Of a DNA stretch of 64,000 nucleotides, positions 19,163 to 27,734 are shown piece after piece. The notes beneath the pieces were generated by a model, which saw only the letters and a list, made by a program, of their open reading frames with translations, did no database searches and had not been told where the DNA came from. Origin of the DNA: Alphaproteobacteria bacterium (GTDB lineage: Bacteria; Pseudomonadota; Alphaproteobacteria; CAAHEQ01; UBA3637); contig SUUS01000003.1 of assembly GCA_015062395.1 (NCBI GenBank), forward strand, positions 29,203 through 93,202, in the 5' to 3' direction. The position numbers were made by a program, and so were the translations under genes. Numbering within the stretch: position 1 is the stretch's first letter; every line of letters begins with the position of its first letter.

Positions 19163-20422
19163 ATGGCAAATAATTCAAATCCTGTTCGTGGAACAAAAGA
19201 TTTTTTACCATCCGAAATGGAAATTCGTGATGCTGTGATGCAAATTATATCTGATACGTATAAAAGTTTTGGATTTTCGCATATATCTGCTCCTATGATG
19301 GAAGATATTCATCGCTTGGATAAAAGCGAAGGTGGCGAAAATTTAGCATTAATTTTCAAAATTTTAAAACGGGGTGAAAAGTTAAATATTCAATCTGCTC
19401 AAACTGAAAATGATTTGGCTGATATGGGGTTGCGTTATGATTTGACGGTTCCTTTATCCAGATATTATGCTAACAACAGACATTTGTTAAACAAGCCTTT
19501 TAAAGCTTTACATATTGACAGAGTGTTCAGAGCAGAGCGTCCTCAAAAAGGGCGTTTGCGTGAATTTTATCAATGTGATATTGATATTTTGGGCGATAAA
19601 TCTATTCAAGCTGAAAAAGAATTGATTTATGTGACGTCTCAAGCCATGCTTAAAATCGGTTTTAAAGATTTTAAAATTCGTATTAATAACAGAGCCTTGT
19701 TAAACGATATGGTTTTGTCTTGTGGCTTTTTACCAGAACAATCTGCATCTGTTTGTATTGTCTTTGATAAAATGGATAAAATCGGATTGGATGGTGTTAA
19801 AGCTGAATTGTTGGAAAAAGGGTTTGATGCATCAGCTGTTGAAAAATTTGTTGGTTTGTTAAATCATGCAGATTTTGGCACTTTAGCATTTGCTAAAACT
19901 TATGCGTCAGATGAAACTGTAGTTGATGAATTAGCTGATATTATCAATACCTCTAATAAGCTAGCTGATGGGCGTTATCTGATTGAATTTGACCCGTCTT
20001 TGGTTCGTGGACAAGGGTATTATACAGGTCCTGTTTTTGAAATTTCTTGTGGTCAATATGCATCTTCTGTTGGTGGTGGTGGTCGCTATGACAAAATGGT
20101 TGGGCGTGAAGTCGGGGAAGATGTCCCAGCTGTTGGTTTTTCCATTGGTTTTGAACGCATTTGTGATGTTTTATCTGAACATCCTGAAATTTTTAATCCG
20201 AACGCTGATTTGAAAAAAATTGTTCTGATTTACAATTTGACGGATGATTTTGCTTTGGTTATGCAAAAAGCTGAAGAATTACGCAACAACGGTTTTTGGG
20301 TTAATATCCAAGTTCGTGGTAAAAAGCTGGGCAAACAATTGGATGCGCTTGTTGAACAAGGATATGGATACAGTTGGATGTTTGGCGAAAGTACAGAGCC
20401 TAAAATTTTGGAAAAAAAGTAA
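19163..20422 (+). CDS. hisS: Histidine--tRNA ligase
   Basis: Class II motifs: RGTKDFLP near the N-terminus, FRAERPQKGRLREFYQCD (motif 2), and GGGGRYD (motif 3). 419 aa. Confidence 0.85.
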   Translation: MANNSNPVRGTKDFLPSEMEIRDAVMQIISDTYKSFGFSHISAPMMEDIHRLDKSEGGENLALIFKILKRGEKLNIQSAQTENDLADMGLRYDLTVPLSRYYANNRHLLNKPFKALHIDRVFRAERPQKGRLREFYQCDIDILGDKSIQAEKELIYVTSQAMLKIGFKDFKIRINNRALLNDMVLSCGFLPEQSASVCIVFDKMDKIGLDGVKAELLEKGFDASAVEKFVGLLNHADFGTLAFAKTYASDETVVDELADIINTSNKLADGRYLIEFDPSLVRGQGYYTGPVFEISCGQYASSVGGGGRYDKMVGREVGEDVPAVGFSIGFERICDVLSEHPEIFNPNADLKKIVLIYNLTDDFALVMQKAEELRNNGFWVNIQVRGKKLGKQLDALVEQGYGYSWMFGESTEPKILEKK

Positions 20423-21430
20423 ATGCAAAAACCATTAATTTCTGTATTAATGCCTGTTTATCGGACTGATAGAGCTCATTTGCATCAAGCCATTGACAGT
20501 ATTTTAAATCAAACCGTTAAAGATTTTGAATTTTTAATTATGGATGATTGCCCAACGGACAGACGCGAAGATGTTGTTTTATCTTATAATGACAATCGCA
20601 TTAAGTACATTAAAAATCCTGAAAATTTAGGAATTGCCAAGGCCAGAAATTTGTTAATCGATATGGCTCAAGGTGATTTTTTAGCAGTCATGGATCATGA
20701 TGATATTGCCTATCCAAACCGATTTGAAAAACAATTAGCGTATATGCAAGAACATTTGGATACAGGAATTTGTGGTTCTGCTTGCAGACGTTTTGGTGAT
20801 TTAAAGAAAAAAGGTATTGTATCTCATTCAACCAACAGTGATGAAATTGCAAGTGGTTTATTTTTTAAATGTATGATTCATCACCCCAGCGCATTTATTC
20901 GAGCCGAGGTTTTAAAGAAAAACAAAATTTATTATTCTGATAAATATGTATCTTCAAATGACAGACGGCTGTATTTAGATATAATGAGTGTTTCTAAATT
21001 AGCAAACTTGCCTGATGTTTTAATGGATTATAGAATGCATGCGAATATGACGAGCAAACAGGCTCGTGAAAAAATCGTTGCAGAGCAAAAATTATTGCGT
21101 GATGAAATGCTTTTGTCTATGGGATTAACATTGGATGAAGCTCAAAAAGGTATTTTAAACGATTATATTACAAAAGGGCGTTGTCGAATTAAAGATAAAG
21201 AAATTTTAAAACAAGTCGAAAGCGTTTTGTCTTTGCTGAATAAAGCTAATCAAAAAAGCGAATATTTTCCTGTGGATTCTTTTGAAAAGTTGTGTGCGCA
21301 GTATTTAGTAAAAAGGTGCTTAAATGCAGCTGTTTTTGGACGTATAGGTTCTAAAGATATATTAAAGAAAACAGATTTAAAAAGGGGAAAGGTCCCATTT
21401 TGGTTAAAAGTTTTAAACTTTATTTATTAA
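20423..21430 (+). CDS. Family 2 glycosyltransferase
   Basis: ISVLMPVYRTDRAHLHQAIDSILNQT, FLIMDDCPTD, and the DxD-like MDHDD. Starts immediately after the hisS stop. Confidence 0.8.
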   Translation: MQKPLISVLMPVYRTDRAHLHQAIDSILNQTVKDFEFLIMDDCPTDRREDVVLSYNDNRIKYIKNPENLGIAKARNLLIDMAQGDFLAVMDHDDIAYPNRFEKQLAYMQEHLDTGICGSACRRFGDLKKKGIVSHSTNSDEIASGLFFKCMIHHPSAFIRAEVLKKNKIYYSDKYVSSNDRRLYLDIMSVSKLANLPDVLMDYRMHANMTSKQAREKIVAEQKLLRDEMLLSMGLTLDEAQKGILNDYITKGRCRIKDKEILKQVESVLSLLNKANQKSEYFPVDSFEKLCAQYLVKRCLNAAVFGRIGSKDILKKTDLKRGKVPFWLKVLNFIY

Positions 21431-21458
21431 TCTTTTGATTTAACCGATTATCAGATAA

Positions 21459-21489
21459 AGAGTCGTATAAAATATGCGACTCTTTTTTT
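21459..21489 (+). terminator. Intrinsic terminator after the glycosyltransferase gene
   Basis: 7-bp stem AGAGTCG/CGACTCT, 11-nt loop, then T7. Confidence 0.5.
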
Positions 21490-21491
21490 AT

Positions 21492-22478
21492 TTATCTTTC
21501 TGATACTTCAGCATTTAAATTTTTAATAGAATTATTTGAATTTCTTTTTTCTAACGCTTCCATTGATGTGGTGTATGTAACTTGCATTAATAGATGCGCT
21601 ATAAAAGAAAAACTACAAGTTATGATAAGCGAGATAGTGTATAATAAATACCATAGTAATTGAGTTAGAATGATGAATGTTAATTGGTTGAATAAATTTG
21701 AGAGCTTTAAAAAAGGTAAATCTATTAAGTTATATAAGATTATACTGGGTATAACTAAAATAAAAGAAGATAAAAATAAGGTTCGTCCTTTTTTTCCTAA
21801 CCAAGTGTAAAATATAATGATAAAAGGCAAATAAAAAGATAATACTATAAAAACAGATTTTGATATAAAGAATTGAATTAACTTCAAAAAAATAAATGAA
21901 GAAAATCTGTATATCCAATAGGCCAAAAAGATATAAATTGCCGAATATACCGACAATAAAAGGATTTGTTTTACGTTTTTTAAAACGGGAATAAATAAGC
22001 TTTTTACAGATTCTAAATTAAAATTTCTGCTGTAAGCGATGATAAAGCTTAAAAACAAATAAGAAAGTAAAGTTATTGTCGCGATAAATATGCCTTTTAA
22101 TATGATTGATGCCGTTGAAATTTGATTGAAAAGCATTACAGCACAAAATGCATAAAGAATAAAAATAGGTAAAAGGAAAATAGATTTTTTTGTTAAAAAA
22201 GATATGGAAACAAGCAATGGTTGTTCAAAAATTTTCTTTTTTGTCGTGATTAATAGATAAATAAACGTGACAAAATATGCAAAAATAAGAAAATATACAA
22301 AGAAATTAAAAATATCAAATTGTTGAAGCGATTGTTGAAAGTTTCTTTTAAATGCTATGTTTATCATCAGCTTAAACTGAATGGTGAGAGAAATAGCATA
22401 AAAAAACATCCAAAAAAAACTGATAATATATGTTTTGGGTTGAAATGGGTAAGTTAAAGCCTTTTTTAACGATATCAT
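21492..22478 (-). CDS. Polytopic membrane protein, function unknown (possibly a Wzy/EpsG-like polysaccharide polymerase)
   Basis: 328 aa with about 9-10 hydrophobic helices and an extreme Phe/Ile/Leu/Lys composition. Noticeably more AT-rich than its neighbours. Convergent with the GT2 gene. The functional guess rests on context only. Confidence 0.45.
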   Translation of the reverse strand: MISLKKALTYPFQPKTYIISFFWMFFYAISLTIQFKLMINIAFKRNFQQSLQQFDIFNFFVYFLIFAYFVTFIYLLITTKKKIFEQPLLVSISFLTKKSIFLLPIFILYAFCAVMLFNQISTASIILKGIFIATITLLSYLFLSFIIAYSRNFNLESVKSLFIPVLKNVKQILLLSVYSAIYIFLAYWIYRFSSFIFLKLIQFFISKSVFIVLSFYLPFIIIFYTWLGKKGRTLFLSSFILVIPSIILYNLIDLPFLKLSNLFNQLTFIILTQLLWYLLYTISLIITCSFSFIAHLLMQVTYTTSMEALEKRNSNNSIKNLNAEVSER

Positions 22479-22550
22479 AGTTATCCTTTCTTTTTAGAAT
22501 CTAGATGCTATTTGCATATTAGTTATTTTTTTGTTAAGATTAAGTTAATT

Positions 22551-22582
22551 AAAAGGAGGATAAGCAATATCCTCCTTTTTTT
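22551..22582 (-). terminator. Intrinsic (bidirectional-type) terminator ending the ankyrin operon
   Basis: 8-bp stem GGAGGATA/TATCCTCC with a 5-nt loop, flanked by A4 and T7. Lies 2 nt beyond the stop of the 294-aa ankyrin gene. Confidence 0.7.
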
Positions 22583-22583
22583 C

Positions 22584-23468
22584 TTATCTTATTTTTTGTT
22601 TTATGTCAGACCAAACATATTGAAGTGTATCAAAAAAATCCAACGCAATGTGTTTTCTGACTGGTTGTGGTTCTAAAACAGGCGTTTCTATTTCTTCTGA
22701 TAATTTTTGAATTGTGCTGTTTTGCATAGTCATTCGTTGTTTTAACTCTTTGATTCTTTCATATTTTAATTTATCTTGTATGCATCTTTCTAAAAACTCT
22801 GGTTCAGAGGTATAATCTGATGCTTTTCTGCCGATATTATCGGTCATATCAATATCAGCGTTAGCAAAAATAAGTTTTTTGATAATATGCCTATTTTCAT
22901 TGTAGGAAGTTAGCATCAAAGCTGTTTTTCCTGTATTATCTTGCATATTTACAGCCGCGCCAGCTTTAATTAACATTTGAACCATTTCTGTTCTGTCATG
23001 TTGGACAGCCCACATTAATGCTGTATTACCTTCTTTGTCTACTGTATTAACGTGTGCACCATAGTCAAGCAATATTTTAACGGTGTCTGTAAGACCTAAA
23101 TCAACTGCCATCATTAAAGCGGTATGTCCAAATTTATTTTGTTTATGAATATCTGCACCATTATCAATCAACATTTTAATAATGTTTTCACGCCCATTTT
23201 TAATTGCATACATTAAAGCTGTTTCTTCATTTCTGTCAGTTGCATTTATCATGTTTTCGTTTTGTGCAAGCATTTTGACTATAAATGGTAATGAAGATTG
23301 AACCGCCATCATTAATGGTGTTCGACCTTTTTCATCCTGTATATTTACACATTTTTTTAAATCTTTTAAATTTCGTTTTACTTGCATATAGACTTTAAAT
23401 TGATTAATGGAAGCCCAATCAATTTTGCCCCAAGTTTGCTTAAAAGAATCGAAGGTATAAATTTTCAT
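22584..23468 (-). CDS. Ankyrin-repeat protein (about 6 repeats) with a Trp-rich N-terminal cap
   Basis: Repeated TPLMxAV/TALMxAxxxGxxxxVxxLxxxGAxVN units. N-terminal FKQTWGKIDWA. Confidence 0.9.
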   Translation of the reverse strand: MKIYTFDSFKQTWGKIDWASINQFKVYMQVKRNLKDLKKCVNIQDEKGRTPLMMAVQSSLPFIVKMLAQNENMINATDRNEETALMYAIKNGRENIIKMLIDNGADIHKQNKFGHTALMMAVDLGLTDTVKILLDYGAHVNTVDKEGNTALMWAVQHDRTEMVQMLIKAGAAVNMQDNTGKTALMLTSYNENRHIIKKLIFANADIDMTDNIGRKASDYTSEPEFLERCIQDKLKYERIKELKQRMTMQNSTIQKLSEEIETPVLEPQPVRKHIALDFFDTLQYVWSDIKQKIR

Positions 23469-23484
23469 TTTTTACTCCTTTTTA

Positions 23485-23919
23485 TTAGCATCTGGTGTTT
23501 GATTTTTGTTGTGATTGTTTAAGTATTAATTCTTGGCGTTTTTTTATTGTTTGAACAATATCTGGATGTCCGTTTTTTTGGGCAATAGTTAAAGCGGTAT
23601 GTCCAAATTTATTTTTGGCATTAATATCCGCGCCAGCATTCATCAATGTTTTGAATGTAGAGAGATGACCTTTTTCTGCCGCCATCATTAAAGCTGTCCA
23701 ACCGTTGTTATCTTTTGCTTCTAATTTTGCGCCAGCATTGATTAGGTTTAATACAGCTTTTCCTTCATACGCAGCCCACATTAAAACAGTATAACCATAT
23801 TCATCAAAAGCATTGACATCTGCACCATTTGCAATTAATTCATCAACTTGTTTTTCAACATATTCTTTTGGGGCTTTCATCCAATCAACGCTTCCCCAAG
23901 TATTTATCCAATTATTCAT
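23485..23919 (-). CDS. Ankyrin-repeat protein (about 3-4 repeats) with a Trp-rich N-terminal cap
   Basis: ANK units (GYTVLMWAA, GWTALMMAAEKGH, GHTALTIAQKNGH). N-terminal WINTWGSVDWM. Confidence 0.9.
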   Translation of the reverse strand: MNNWINTWGSVDWMKAPKEYVEKQVDELIANGADVNAFDEYGYTVLMWAAYEGKAVLNLINAGAKLEAKDNNGWTALMMAAEKGHLSTFKTLMNAGADINAKNKFGHTALTIAQKNGHPDIVQTIKKRQELILKQSQQKSNTRC

Positions 23920-23921
23920 TT

Positions 23922-24308
23922 TTATCTTTGACGTGCGTTGGCTTTTTGAGCTAAAAGAAATTCGTTTTTGATAACTTTTTCTGTCCCATCGTTGATAAAG
24001 CGCAAAGTTTTACTGGTCAAGCCATAAAGTATAATAGTTGCTTTTAATATATACTTTAACAATTCATCACCGACAGTGTGGTCAGTCATTCCACCAAAAT
24101 GTCCAGCCATATCGTCAACGCTTGACATAAACGTTGAATTGGGTGAAAGCATAGGCATTAATTTTTTAAATAAAAAATCGGATGTATTAAGTGTTCCTCT
24201 GACAGAACTTGCAACCATACCAACACCCAAAGAGGCTGTTGCTTGTAAATCCTTTTTTGCTTTTATACGATATGCTTTTATTTTTCTTGCAGCTGTTTTG
24301 GCGTCCAT
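23922..24308 (-). CDS. Hypothetical protein (128 aa), co-transcribed with the ankyrin genes
   Basis: Intact ORF only 2 nt upstream of the 144-aa ankyrin gene. No motif recognised. Confidence 0.45.
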   Translation of the reverse strand: MDAKTAARKIKAYRIKAKKDLQATASLGVGMVASSVRGTLNTSDFLFKKLMPMLSPNSTFMSSVDDMAGHFGGMTDHTVGDELLKYILKATIILYGLTSKTLRFINDGTEKVIKNEFLLAQKANARQR

Positions 24309-24374
24309 TTTATACTCCGTTATTGGTGTTAAACAGGCTTATAATACCACATTTTTTATGTTTTTTCAAGCATT

Positions 24375-24581
24375 TTAACGTCTGGGACCATCGAAATGTT
24401 CAATAATCCTTTGTTGAGGCGTCTTAAATTCATAATTTTGAGACGGGACAGGTTTATTTCTGGGCTTGTTTGCGTTTGGGTCTATTTTGTCCCGAACAGC
24501 ACAACATCCTTTAAATAAAAGGAATATAACGACAATTCCTGTTAATAAATCAGCATATTCCTGTATTTTTCCAGAAGCCAT
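24375..24581 (-). CDS. Small single-pass membrane protein (68 aa)
   Basis: One hydrophobic helix (LLTGIVVIFLLFKGCC). RBS aaggaaaagcaaATG. First gene behind the promoter at 24616-24644. Confidence 0.4.
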   Translation of the reverse strand: MASGKIQEYADLLTGIVVIFLLFKGCCAVRDKIDPNANKPRNKPVPSQNYEFKTPQQRIIEHFDGPRR

Positions 24582-24615
24582 TTGCTTTTCCTTTTTTTGT
24601 TTGTTCTATTTGGTT

Positions 24616-24644
24616 AGTATACCATAAAATTTCTAAAAATTCAA
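24616..24644 (-). promoter_or_regulatory. sigma70-type promoter of the ankyrin operon
   Basis: On the minus strand, TTGAAT-N17-TATACT (-35 at 24644-24639, -10 at 24621-16). Confidence 0.5.
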
Positions 24645-24657
24645 CTGTAAAAAAAGC

Positions 24658-24686
24658 TTGATTTTTATGTAATCAATGGTTATAAT
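24658..24686 (+). promoter_or_regulatory. sigma70-type promoter immediately upstream of parE
   Basis: TTGATT-N17-TATAAT. The -10 ends 9 nt before the parE ATG, and no Shine-Dalgarno sequence is visible. Confidence 0.4.
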
Positions 24687-24695
24687 CGCCTTATT

Positions 24696-26687
24696 ATGAC
24701 AGATTTATTTGATACAAAAACAGAAGTAAAAACAAATTATTCAGCACAAGATATCGAAGTGCTGGAAGGGTTAGAGCCTGTTCGTCGTCGTCCAGGGATG
24801 TATATCGGGGGAATTGATGAACGTGCTTATCATCATTTGGCTGCAGAAATTATCGATAATGCAATGGATGAAGCTGTTGCAGGGTATGCTTCAGTCATTA
24901 CCGTCGAATTGTTGGCAGATGGCAAAATTTCAGTGACAGATAATGGTCGAGGAATTCCAGTCGATCCACATCCTAAATATCCCGACAAATCCGCTTTGGA
25001 AGTGATTACAACTATGCTTCATTCAGGTGGAAAATTTGGTGGTAAAGCTTATGCCGTTTCAGGTGGTTTACATGGTGTAGGTTTGTCAGTTGTAAATGCA
25101 CTTTCTTCTGAAATGATTGTCGAAGTAGCACGTGATAAGAAATTATGGCGCCAAGCTTATTGTCGTGGAGTTCCATTGGCTCCTATTGAAATGGTTGGTA
25201 GTGTTGCTAATCGTAGAGGAACAACCGTCACGTTTTTACCAGATACTGAAATTTTTGGAACTGAAACGTCTTTTAAGCCTGCAACGGTTTTTAAAGCCGT
25301 TAAGACAAAGGCATTTTTATTCCGTGGTGTGGAGTTGCGCTTTATTTGTGCACCAGAGTTGATTAAAGAAGGCGATACAACACCGACAGAAGTTGTTTTA
25401 AAATATCCAAATGGTATCGAAGATTACTTAAAAGTTTTAACGGAAAAAACATCTTTATTAACGCCTCGATTTTTTACAGGAAAAGCTGATTTAGCAGAAG
25501 ATAAAGGTCATATTGAATGGGCGATTGTTTGGCCTGATTTTGCGCCAGATGCATTCCAGTATTCATATTGTAATACAATCCCTACACCACAAGGTGGTAC
25601 GCATGAAACGGGATTACGTGCTGGTTTGACCAAAAGCTTGCGTGCTTATGCAGAAATGGTGGGCTGTAAAAAAGCATCTGAAATTACAGCAGATGATATT
25701 GTTGGAACAGCTGACGTAATGTTGTCATTGTTTTTAAAGGATCCTCAATTTCAGGGGCAAACAAAAGAAAAATTGGCGTCTCCTGAAGCGGCTCGTTTAG
25801 TTGAGGGGGCTGTCAAAGACCCATTTGACCATTGGTTAAGTGCAGATACCAAAATGGCAAATGTTTTGTTGGATTATATTTTAGAACGCGTTGATGAACG
25901 TAAGCGTAAAAAGAAAAGTCAAGAAGTTGCTAGAGCTTCTGCAACAAAGCGTTTAAGATTACCTGGAAAATTGGCAGATTGTTCTCATAAACAAACAGAA
26001 AACACTGAAATTTTTATTGTTGAGGGGGATTCTGCTGGTGGTTCAGCGAAACAAGCGCGTAATCGTGAAACACAAGCAATTTTGCCTTTGCGTGGTAAAA
26101 TTTTGAATGTGGCAAGTGCAACACGTGACAAAATGATGGCAAATGAAGAAATCAATAATATGATTGAAGCATTGGGTTGTGGAACCAGAGATAAATATAA
26201 CGAAGAAAATTTACGCTATGATAAAATCATTATCATGACTGATGCTGACGTGGATGGAGCGCATATTGCTTCATTGATGATGACATTCTTTTATCAGGAA
26301 ATGCCTCAATTAATTTTGAATGGACATGTATTTTTGGCAATGCCTCCCTTGTTCCGTTTAACGCATGGCGATAAGTCAGTTTATGCGATGGATGATGAAG
26401 AAAAAGAACGTTTGCTCAAAACCGTCTTTAAAAATGCTAAAAATGTAGAAATCAGTCGATTTAAAGGGTTGGGGGAAATGCCTCCGTCTCAATTAAAAGA
26501 AACAACGATGAATCCTGCAACACGTACTTTGTTGCGTGTGGATATTCCAGATTCTAAAAAGGAATTGGAAGCAGAAGAAGCTATTTATACAGCGTCAATC
26601 GTAAAACAATTAATGGGAAATGACCCCGAAAAACGTTTTAAATTTATTCAAGAACATGCTAAATTTGTTGAAAACTTGGATGTTTAA
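24696..26687 (+). CDS. parE: DNA topoisomerase IV subunit B
   Basis: GHKL N-terminus (YSAQDIEVLEGLEPVRRRPGMYIGG), TOPRIM EIFIVEGDSAGGSAKQARNRETQAILPLRGKILNV, and IIIMTDADVDGAHI. At 663 aa the length fits ParE rather than the approximately 800-aa GyrB. Confidence 0.8.
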   Translation: MTDLFDTKTEVKTNYSAQDIEVLEGLEPVRRRPGMYIGGIDERAYHHLAAEIIDNAMDEAVAGYASVITVELLADGKISVTDNGRGIPVDPHPKYPDKSALEVITTMLHSGGKFGGKAYAVSGGLHGVGLSVVNALSSEMIVEVARDKKLWRQAYCRGVPLAPIEMVGSVANRRGTTVTFLPDTEIFGTETSFKPATVFKAVKTKAFLFRGVELRFICAPELIKEGDTTPTEVVLKYPNGIEDYLKVLTEKTSLLTPRFFTGKADLAEDKGHIEWAIVWPDFAPDAFQYSYCNTIPTPQGGTHETGLRAGLTKSLRAYAEMVGCKKASEITADDIVGTADVMLSLFLKDPQFQGQTKEKLASPEAARLVEGAVKDPFDHWLSADTKMANVLLDYILERVDERKRKKKSQEVARASATKRLRLPGKLADCSHKQTENTEIFIVEGDSAGGSAKQARNRETQAILPLRGKILNVASATRDKMMANEEINNMIEALGCGTRDKYNEENLRYDKIIIMTDADVDGAHIASLMMTFFYQEMPQLILNGHVFLAMPPLFRLTHGDKSVYAMDDEEKERLLKTVFKNAKNVEISRFKGLGEMPPSQLKETTMNPATRTLLRVDIPDSKKELEAEEAIYTASIVKQLMGNDPEKRFKFIQEHAKFVENLDV

Positions 26688-26795
26688 TTTTTGATAAAAG
26701 AAAACAACTTCTGTTTTTTACGTATTATTAACTTTTTTCAGCTTAAAATTTTTTAAGATAAAGAATAATATCATATAAGATAAAAGGAATAAAAA

Positions 26796-27467
26796 ATGTC
26801 AGAACTTAATGATATCTTAAAGGGTGTGGAAGAAAAGGATTTTGACCCAAAAAATTCTTTTGATTGGACGGAGGTCAACAAAGGTTCTTCTTTAACAGAA
26901 AGAATGTCTTTATATTTGAAAAAAAAAGGTATTTCAGAAGAGGAAGTTAAAACTTTTATAAACAAAGCTAAACACGAATTTGATCGAGTTGGACTGTTTT
27001 ACAATGGAAAAGGTTTTTTTCCAAATGGAATGTCAGCCTTTCCGAGGATAAAATTTTTCTTTGAAACACATAATTTGAATATGGACGATTTGTATTTTAT
27101 TGCAAAACGATATAATCCAGAAATGAATTTTGAATCTCCGATGCCAACCTTGAAAGATTCAGGGCCGTCTCAATTAGAATACCCGATGCCAGATTTTTTA
27201 GGAAAAGATGAAAAAAAAGGTGGGATTTTAGAACTTCTGGATATGAAACAACAGAATAAAATGGAGTTTTCTATACCAGAGGAAAAAAATTCCTCTGAAA
27301 AAGATGATTCTCAGGGTGAGGGTGATGCAAAGCAATCTTTGAAGAGTTTTTTGAAATCGAAGGAACGGCAACAAGAATATAAAAAAGCTATCAAAGCTCT
27401 TGACGAAGAATCTAAATCGGTTGCTGAACTTTTTACTAAAATGGCAGAAAAGGGCTCGGGACGTTAA
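26796..27467 (+). CDS. Hypothetical acidic/Lys-rich protein (223 aa)
   Basis: Intact ORF with the RBS aaaaggaataaaaaATG. No recognised motif. Its stop codon abuts the duplicated parE fragment. Confidence 0.5.
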   Translation: MSELNDILKGVEEKDFDPKNSFDWTEVNKGSSLTERMSLYLKKKGISEEEVKTFINKAKHEFDRVGLFYNGKGFFPNGMSAFPRIKFFFETHNLNMDDLYFIAKRYNPEMNFESPMPTLKDSGPSQLEYPMPDFLGKDEKKGGILELLDMKQQNKMEFSIPEEKNSSEKDDSQGEGDAKQSLKSFLKSKERQQEYKKAIKALDEESKSVAELFTKMAEKGSGR

Positions 27468-27710
27468 GTTTTAACAGAAAAAACATCTTTATTAACACCT
27501 CGTTTTTTTACAGGAAAAGCTGATTTAGCAGAAGATAAAGGTCATATTGAATGGGCGATTGTTTGGCCTGATTTTGCGCCAGATGCATTCCAGTATTCAT
27601 ATTGTAATACAATCCCTACACCACAAGGTGGTACGCATGAAACGGAATTACGTGCTGGTTTGACAAAAAGCTTGCGTGCCTATGCAGAAATGGTGGGCTG
27701 TAAAAAAGCA
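27466..27710 (+). pseudogene. Duplicated internal fragment of parE (codons about 246-327)
   Basis: 245 nt align without gaps to 25432-25676, with 6 substitutions counted by eye. The fragment has no start codon of its own and lacks both the N-terminal and C-terminal parts of the gene. Confidence 0.85.
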
Positions 27711-27734
27711 GAGGTTGTCTTTTTTTCAGGTTTG

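Noticed and set aside
24696-26687. Calling this gene gyrB.
   Set aside because: At 663 aa it lacks the extra length and insertion of proteobacterial GyrB (about 800 aa) and it is not next to dnaN, recF or gyrA. ParE is the better assignment, although only a phylogeny would settle it.
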